Origin: Octopus sinensis | Lineage: Eukaryota | Length of the DNA: 28,443 nucleotides | Assembly: GCF_006345805.1 (NCBI RefSeq) | Contig: NW_021833526.1 | Location: forward strand, 1-28,443 | Direction: 5' to 3' | Shown: in pieces, positions 21,531-28,443 of the stretch | How positions within the stretch are numbered: the stretch's first letter is position 1 | Layout: each line of letters begins with the position of its first letter | Made by a program: the position numbers and the translations under genes | The notes under the pieces: model-generated | The model's database searches: none | What the model saw: only the letters and a program-made list of their open reading frames with translations | What the model was told of the DNA's origin: nothing

Positions 21531-21747
21531 AATATTGATTTCAAATGTTGGCACAAATCTAAAACTTTCGGGAGAGCGGGTAAGCCCCATTGACCCCAGT
21601 GCTAAACTGCTACTTATTTTATCGAACCCGACAGAGGGAAAAGCAAAATCGACTTCGGCGGAATTTGAACGCAGAACGTAAAGACAGACGAAATTCCGCT
21701 AAGTATTTATCCCGGTGTGCTAACGACTCTTTCCTGCTCGCCGCCTT
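21531..21747 (-). mobile_element. tRNA-derived SINE (Meta-type domain)
   Basis: The reverse complement begins AAGGCGGCGAGCAGG..., has B box GCGTTCAAATTCC, and ends with the TTGTGCCAACATTTGAAATCAATATT tail. Confidence 0.8.
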
Positions 21748-21769
21748 AAAATCTTAATATTAATAAATA

Positions 21770-21820
<51 letters not shown>

Positions 21821-21944
21821 TGTGTGTGTAAACGTAGCACAGCTTCAATCAGAAATACTGCAAATAAATATATTATAAAGTTTTTACTGTGATAATACAC
21901 AATGTAAGAATGTATTGTAAACACATCCTTTCCGTGTATTTGAA

Positions 21945-22178
21945 GTGCAGGAGAAAGCGCAGTAAGTCTCCCGGCCTACAGTTTCATGATTTGGTGATCA
22001 ACGCCCAGAGAAGACATACACACTTTCTTTCTCCAGTTGATGCCATAGCGTGTTTAATTTTATATGTTATTTCGACATTTTAACGACTGCAGAAGTAGAT
22101 TGGGTACGTCATCTCTGAAAAGCGATCACCAAGTTGTGAAACTGTCAGTCAGGAGACTCCCTCGCCTGTTTTCTGCAC
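21945..22178. mobile_element. Old fold-back element / MITE with degenerate arms of about 90 bp
   Basis: Left GTGCAG...GTCTCC...ACAGTTTCATGATTTGGTGATC...CAGAGAAGAC...TTCTCCAGT versus the right arm's reverse complement GTGCAG...GTCTCC...ACAGTTTCACAACTTGGTGATC...CAGAGATGAC...TTCTGCAGT. Confidence 0.65.
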
Positions 22179-22311
22179 AACGAAAGCATGATAAACGTCA
22201 TTTCATTATATTTTGATATAGTTCAATATTATAGCTAAGGCTTTGTTGTATCACTCTATTTATCTGTCTATCTAATACACACACACACACACACAATTTA
22301 TAAGCACGCAC

Positions 22312-22346
<35 letters not shown>

Positions 22347-22359
22347 CACACACACATAT

Positions 22360-22563
22360 ATTCTTTTATTCTTTTACTAGTTTCAGTCATTTAACTGCAG
22401 CCATGCTGGAGCACCGCCTTAAAGGGTGTTAGTCAAAAAAATCGCCCCCAGGACTTATTCTTTGTAAGTCTAGTACTTATTCTATCGGTGTTTTTTTTGC
22501 CGAACCGCCAATGTACGGGGACATAAGCACACCAGCATCGACTGTCATTCGATGGCGGGAAGA

Positions 22564-22570
<7 letters not shown>
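22360..22570 (-). mobile_element. SINE 3' half
   Basis: TTCTTTTACTAGTTTCAGTCATTTAACTGCAGCCATGCTGGAGCACCGCC...GCCGAACCGCC...; shorter related tail fragments occur near 19315-19360 and 24412-24460. Confidence 0.7.
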
Positions 22571-22642
<72 letters not shown>

Positions 22643-22665
22643 ACACACACACAGATGAAGCATAT

Positions 22666-22696
<31 letters not shown>

Positions 22697-22705
22697 GATA
22701 TGCTT

Positions 22706-22850
22706 CAGCAGTTTCCGTCTACCAAATCCATTCACAAGGCTTTGGTCGGCCCGAGGCTATAGTTGAAACCACTTGCCTGAGTTGCCACTCAATGGGACTG
22801 AACCTGGAACCATGTGTTGGTAAGCAAGCTACTTACTACACAGCCACGCC
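22706..22850 (-). mobile_element. tRNA-derived SINE with an RTE-like 3' tail
   Basis: The reverse complement contains CCAGGTTCAGTCCC (B-box-like) and GCCTTGTGAATGGATTTGGTAGACGGAAACTG (RTE-type tail). Confidence 0.75.
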
Positions 22851-22860
22851 CGCACTTGTG

Positions 22861-22891
<31 letters not shown>

Positions 22892-23929
22892 TGTGTGCGT
22901 GCGCGCGCATGTATATAAATATATAAAAAGAGAGTGTGAGCGAGAAAGACATAACATGCGTGCACGCACACTCACACATACAAACACATACACGCACCAC
23001 TTATTTATATCTGTGTTTGTTTTTATACATTTGTGATTGCGTGTGCAGCGAACCCTCATCATAAACGTTGAAATATTGTCAAAACAAGAAAGAAACACTC
23101 AAACGTGTTATGTAATTTTGCAACGTCGCAACAAACAGCAACCAAAGGCTTTCCATGGCTATTGCTTTACGCGCGCGAACCAAGGGGCTCTCTGAAATCC
23201 AACTGACATTATTTCACTGGTGATATTTTGTCATTTCTAACAGAACTATCTTATATTGCTCCAAAGCCACGTCAATCAGCCCGTTATTCCCACACATTCC
23301 TCCACACGTCACTTATTAAATGTTATTATTTGACAATTTTCTTTTCTGCAATACATTTTATTACGGTAAACAAATATTGTTTATGATGTAATCCAGTCTT
23401 CTTTGGACATTACAGCTGAACTTTTAGCATTCTTCATACTGAACTTTTAGTTACTAAGCTATTTTAAAGTAGGGGTATACCAACACACTTTTTCTTATAT
23501 ATTTCTCAGTACGTATTCACATCGTAGTTTGATCTACACCTAATACTCACATACGCACGTACGCACTCGCACACACGCGGGCGTGCACGTAGGCATGCAT
23601 GTACGCTCGTATGCGCACATGCACACACATACAAGTACAAACATACATATATGCACACATACGTACATACATGCACCATACGTACATACATGCATGCATA
23701 AATGCATAGACATTTGCTTTGTGTAAATCATGCATAAAGTGTTCTTATGAAGAACTGTTTTGGTTCAGCATCCAATTGCACTTGGAACACTCCCTGCAGA
23801 GGATGCAAATAATCGCGATTGGGGAAACGTACATATGACACAAATGATATAAACTGCATCTTGTATTTATCGTACTTTTTCCTACATTTTTCTATGTATC
23901 AGATCAGGTAGTGTTGCTTAGTACAGTGA

Positions 23930-24322
23930 GGGCTGCGAAACGTTAGCGCGCCGGGCGAAATGCTTAGCAGTATTTCGTCTGTCGCCGAGGTCGACTTTAC
24001 CTTTCATCCTTTCGGGGTAGATAAATTAAGTACCAGTTACGCACTGGGGTCGATGTAATCGACTGAATCCCTTTGTCTATCCTTGTTTGTCCCCTCTATG
24101 TTTAGCCCCTTGTGGGCAATAAAGAAATAAGAATCATAAGCACACAGGGCTTGGTTGCATTTTGTCCGCCTTTACGTTCTGGGTTCAAATGCCACCGAAG
24201 TCGACTTTGTCTTTCGTCGTTTCGAGATCGGTAAAATAAGTGGCAGCTGAGCTACTGGGTCGATGTAACCGACTTATCTCTTCCCCCAAAATTGCTGTCC
24301 TTGAGCCTAATTTGAAACCAAT
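23930..24322 (+). mobile_element. Two tandem SINE units (Meta-type domain); the first has a deletion removing the B box
   Basis: CGTTAGCGCGCCGGGCGAAATGCTTAGC...GTC|GCCGAGGTCGACTTT...; the second unit has GGGTTCAAATGCC. Confidence 0.8.
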
Positions 24323-24477
24323 GTCACTGAGCACTGACCAATTTATTGGAAGTAGACAGGATGCTGATATTCTGCAATAGCAATCGTACATCTGACATAA
24401 AACATACTCTTTTCTTTACTAGTTTCGGCTCGAGTGCTGCGACCATGCTGCAGTACCGTAGTTAGCTTAGCTGCACT

Positions 24478-24710
24478 TTTACTAAACCTCTTCTGATATG
24501 TGGCATTTGGCGAATAAGAAAGTTTGATGTTGCTGCTCTCATCTGTGTTTCTTGTTGCGAGACAGATTCATCCGGAACACTTGACAGGGGGAGATCCAAT
24601 TTTGCTTCGAAGACACCTACATCTATTCCATGCAGGGGATGATATTAAAGAGCTGTAAGCCCTTGAAACCCAAGTTGTTGCAATATCTTGTCCTGCATCC
24701 TGATGGCAAG
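24478..24710 (-). pseudogene. Non-LTR retrotransposon (CR1/L2/Jockey-like) ORF2 C-terminal relic
   Basis: PSGCRTRYCNNLGFKGLQLFNII / LHGIDVGVFEAKLDLPLSSVPDESVSQQETQMRAATSN. It resembles the G.QLFN.LP...FK..LD..L..VPDEP end of LINE ORF2 and is frameshifted. Confidence 0.6.
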
Positions 24711-24764
24711 ATGTATAAACATGTATAGCTTTATAAACCCACATACATATCCACCCACACAGGC

Positions 24765-24895
24765 GGTGGGTTTCCACTCACAGAGTATCGTTCGAACCGA
24801 GGCCATTGGTAGTAAATACTTGGGTGAGGTGCCATGAGGTAATATCGAAACCTGATACACGTAGTTGCAGTGTACTTCTGAAATACGCCGTCATC
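24765..24895 (-). mobile_element. Highly diverged SINE copy
   Basis: CCACTCACAGAG...CCGAGGCCATTGGTAGTAAATACTTG...GGTGCCA aligns loosely with 22706-22850. Confidence 0.45.
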
Positions 24896-25607
24896 TTCGC
24901 GACATTTATCTTTTGCTGCACCCATGTTTCCATTGGTTTCTGAAACCCGTATACAACAACACTTCCTTCCATTGATATTGGCCTACAAAACTTGATCACT
25001 TAATATCAATCAATATCTGAAGCTTTCTACTCATCATAACGAACACTCCTTGCAGATATATGCACATGCTTACATAGATGCATACAGACAAACAGACGTG
25101 CACAGAGGTATTTACACACGCACAGAGAGATACGTGTCTATGGGTGAATGTGTTTTCATATTTTAAACAGTAAAATGTCGGATTAACTTTCATTTAGCGC
25201 AGGAGCGGTTTTCAGATAAGATATACGTGCATTTGTGTACGGAAGTTGCATGTTGATTGTATAGATTAAATAAAGATATATGAATAACGGTGAACTATAC
25301 AAACATGCACGCAACAGACACACACACACACACACATACGCACGGGTGCACACACGTATAGGTACGCATACAAACACATATGCACACACATACATACATA
25401 CATATATACATACATACTACATACATACATACATACATACATGCATACATACATACATACATATATATGTGTGTGTGTGTGTGTATACACGCATAACGTA
25501 TTTTTAAAGTATGTAAACATATATACTATAGATTTGTATGTGCGTATGTATATTTCACCTTTTTGAACATATATACTTACATCAAGGCATATATGTGTAA
25601 GTGTGTG

Positions 25608-25642
<35 letters not shown>

Positions 25643-26100
25643 GTATGTATATGTGTACACACGTGTAAGTATATATATTTGTGTATATTGTGTATATGCA
25701 TGTGAATGTATATTCATACACATACACATACACGCATACATACGCACAAAGCTATGCATTAATCTGTATATAAAATATTTGAATAGAAAGTTTATGAAGG
25801 GACACAGAATACTGCACAGATAAAGGTAGATACTGGTTGATACAGAAAAAATGAGAGATAAGCCGTATCTGCATCATTTCTGGACTTTGGTCGTGACACA
25901 TGTCATATTATGACGTCAGAATGTGTCATAGTAGCCGAGGCTTTCATCTTTTTATCGCAATACCTTTTTGCATCTCCCGCTTCCCCCCACATGTTGGTAT
26001 GATGTCATATCAGCTCGCCGAACATTCGTTGGAAATCTACTTTTGTAAAAACCACTATTTCTGTTGCTGTCTATTATCTATGCCTGTCTAGCTGTCTGCC

Positions 26101-26212
<112 letters not shown>

Positions 26213-26581
26213 CTATCTCCTTTTCTCTCTCATGCATGTATGTATATATATATATATACACGTAAATATATGCATGTATATATACACACATGTATATATA
26301 TATACATATACATATATATATACACATATACCTACATTTGTATACACACACACAAACACACACACACACGCGTATGGGTGTATGTAAAACATGCATGTGC
26401 GAGTGTGTACACTGTATGATGAAGGCAAGTAAGCCAAAACTTCGAAGTCACTATCAAAGTTCTCCTTCTTAAAATCAGTATGTTCTCAACCACCACTTTA
26501 ATGATAGGTGTGTTTTTACCTTTAGCATGATATGCTAAAACATGTTATCAATGTATATAAATATTCACGAGTTCCAATATT

Positions 26582-26712
26582 ACCGTGGTCGACTTTGCCT
26601 TTCATCAATACGGGGGTCGATGAAATAAGTTTCAGTCGAGAACTGGGGTCGGTCTAATGGACTCAGCACCTCCCCAAAATTGCTGATTTTGTGCCAAAAT
26701 TTGAGACCAGTA
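26582..26712 (+). mobile_element. SINE fragment (Meta-type domain plus tail)
   Basis: GTGGTCGACTTTGCCTTTCATC...GGGGTCGATGAAATAAG...TTGTGCCAAAATTTGAGACCA. Confidence 0.75.
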
Positions 26713-27424
26713 TATATGCATATGTATATTAATGTCTGTTGGTATATATGAACATATATATATATAACACACACACACGTATATATATGTAATATATATA
26801 TCTATATATATATAGATATATATATATATAGATATATATATATATATATATATATATACATTTACATATGTATTACAAAGACACACACACACACACACAC
26901 ATGCATATATATATATATATATATATATAAGCACACGCATATACGTGTAATGTGGGGAAAGGGAGATATAATAAAAAGTGTTGTTTATGTGTTGTGTGAG
27001 CGTGTGTGTATGCGTACATACACGCACATGCACATATACAATATATGTGTGGGTGGTGGAGGGGCAACAGTCGATAATATTGATTTGCATTGCTCTATGC
27101 AGCCACTCCTACACCCACACACCGAGACGCACGTGCCACTTGCCCAGTCTCCACTTGCATCGTGCATGTCTGCATGCCACGGTCGCTCCACCGATGCAGC
27201 TCTTTCTTTCTGCACCACTTCAGCAGTGCGACTTTGTCATATCTTTCCGATGACTTCACTCACCTATAGCTGTATGACGTCATCGACACGGTAACACGCG
27301 TACACATACGCGCACGCACACACGCACACACTCGCACATGCATATACACATAAGTATACACGCATACATGCACGCATACCTACATTAGCATGGAATAGAC
27401 CTATATGCAATGCGTTTTTTGTAT

Positions 27425-27810
27425 TTTCTTCTTAGCTTCACGCTTCACCTCTACCCCTCTCTCCCCCTCTCTCCACCCTCCCGTCTCTCTTTCTCTCTCT
27501 CTCTCTCGCTCGCTCTCTTCCTCTATCTCTCTCCCTCTCTCTCTGTCATGACAAACTGATGCCTATCACATTCCACATCTATGTATCATCGTTTTGGCAC
27601 ACCGTGTCCCACTGACCACTGTTTTTTCACCCTCTCCCTCCATTCTTTCTCTCCATCCCACCTTCCTCTCCCTCTCTTTCACCATCTCCCTCTCCCATTC
27701 TCTCTCCCTCTCCTTTTCTCTCTCCCACTCCGTTTCTCATTCTCCCCCTTTCTCTCCCTTTCTCTTTTCCCCTCTCTCGCTCTCTCCCCTCCCTCTTCTC
27801 CCTCTCCCTC
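27425..27810. repeat. Polypyrimidine (C/T-rich) low-complexity tracts
   Basis: Two nearly pure C/T blocks (about 27425-27546 and 27622-27810). Confidence 0.85.
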
Positions 27811-28246
27811 ACACACTAATAGGCATACACCCCACCACACACACACAAACGTACAACTGCCGGCATGGCATCACTCTCATTCTCAGTTCTTCCAAACACA
27901 TTGTATCTCAAGAGTTTCGCTGAAGATTTTACCTCATGCAGTGTAATCCAAGACGAAGCCAGACAGGCAGCGTCCATCCTCCTCAACCAAGCTACACCGA
28001 CACTTCATCTTCATCTACAACAAGTTCAGAAAGCACTCGCTGCTGTTACAATGATGTCACTAGAGAGAGAATAGGAGCGGCGGGGTGGGGGATAAGAAGG
28101 TATTTGAATAAACCTGGAGAGGCGAAACTTGAAGACATCGCCAATACTTGCGCGATTGGATTTCACTCTACAACTTCCATTTAGCCCTTATATCAATCAG
28201 TTAAATGCTTGTCATTTAATTTAACAACCCTAACATCTGTACGTAT

Positions 28247-28292
28247 AATATTATATATATATACATATATATACATATATATATATATAATA

Positions 28293-28330
<38 letters not shown>

Positions 28331-28357
28331 ATATATATATATATCTATAATATATTA

Positions 28358-28407
<50 letters not shown>

Positions 28408-28443
28408 ATATATATATATTATATAATATATATATATATATAT
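28247..28443. repeat. Interrupted (TA)n tract running off the window end
   Basis: Read directly from the sequence. Confidence 0.95.

Noticed and set aside
27258-27270. Strong minus-strand donor TAG|GTGAGT at 27264/27263
   Set aside because: The nearest acceptor gives a 6-nt CTA-TAG (Leu-stop) micro-exon, and no coherent coding exon can be built. A non-coding exon cannot be judged from sequence.
27865-28074. Plus-strand ORF MASLSFSVLPNTL... (69 aa) in non-repetitive sequence
   Set aside because: Short, with no recognisable motif and no supporting plus-strand exon structure.

Overview
AT-rich, microsatellite-saturated eukaryotic DNA that looks intronic or intergenic. The SINE families suggest a mollusc, most likely an Octopus species (inference from recalled repeat families, not a database hit). 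No complete protein-coding gene, rRNA, tRNA or CRISPR array is visible, and most ORFs in the supplied track are translations of (CA)n/(TA)n/(CT)n/(GATA)n repeats. Recognisable content: many tRNA-derived SINEs (several with the MetaSINE-type central domain), a frameshifted mariner transposase N-terminus, a pogo/Tigger-like MITE, a LINE ORF2 C-terminal relic, and a Penelope-like (PLE) reverse-transcriptase relic with a YRDD motif. The most interesting part is a cluster of fold-back elements between about 3.4 and 10 kb, each next to a (TA)n tract. Two carry type I hammerhead ribozyme motifs: one with an intact CUGAUGA/GAAA/GUA core at 4434-4489 (-), and a head-to-head pair with a CCGACGA-type variant core arranged around telomeric TTAGGG repeats at 9695-9862. 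There is also a near-perfect 263-bp palindrome (6678-6940) and a weak candidate 93-nt coding exon on the minus strand (13791-13883).
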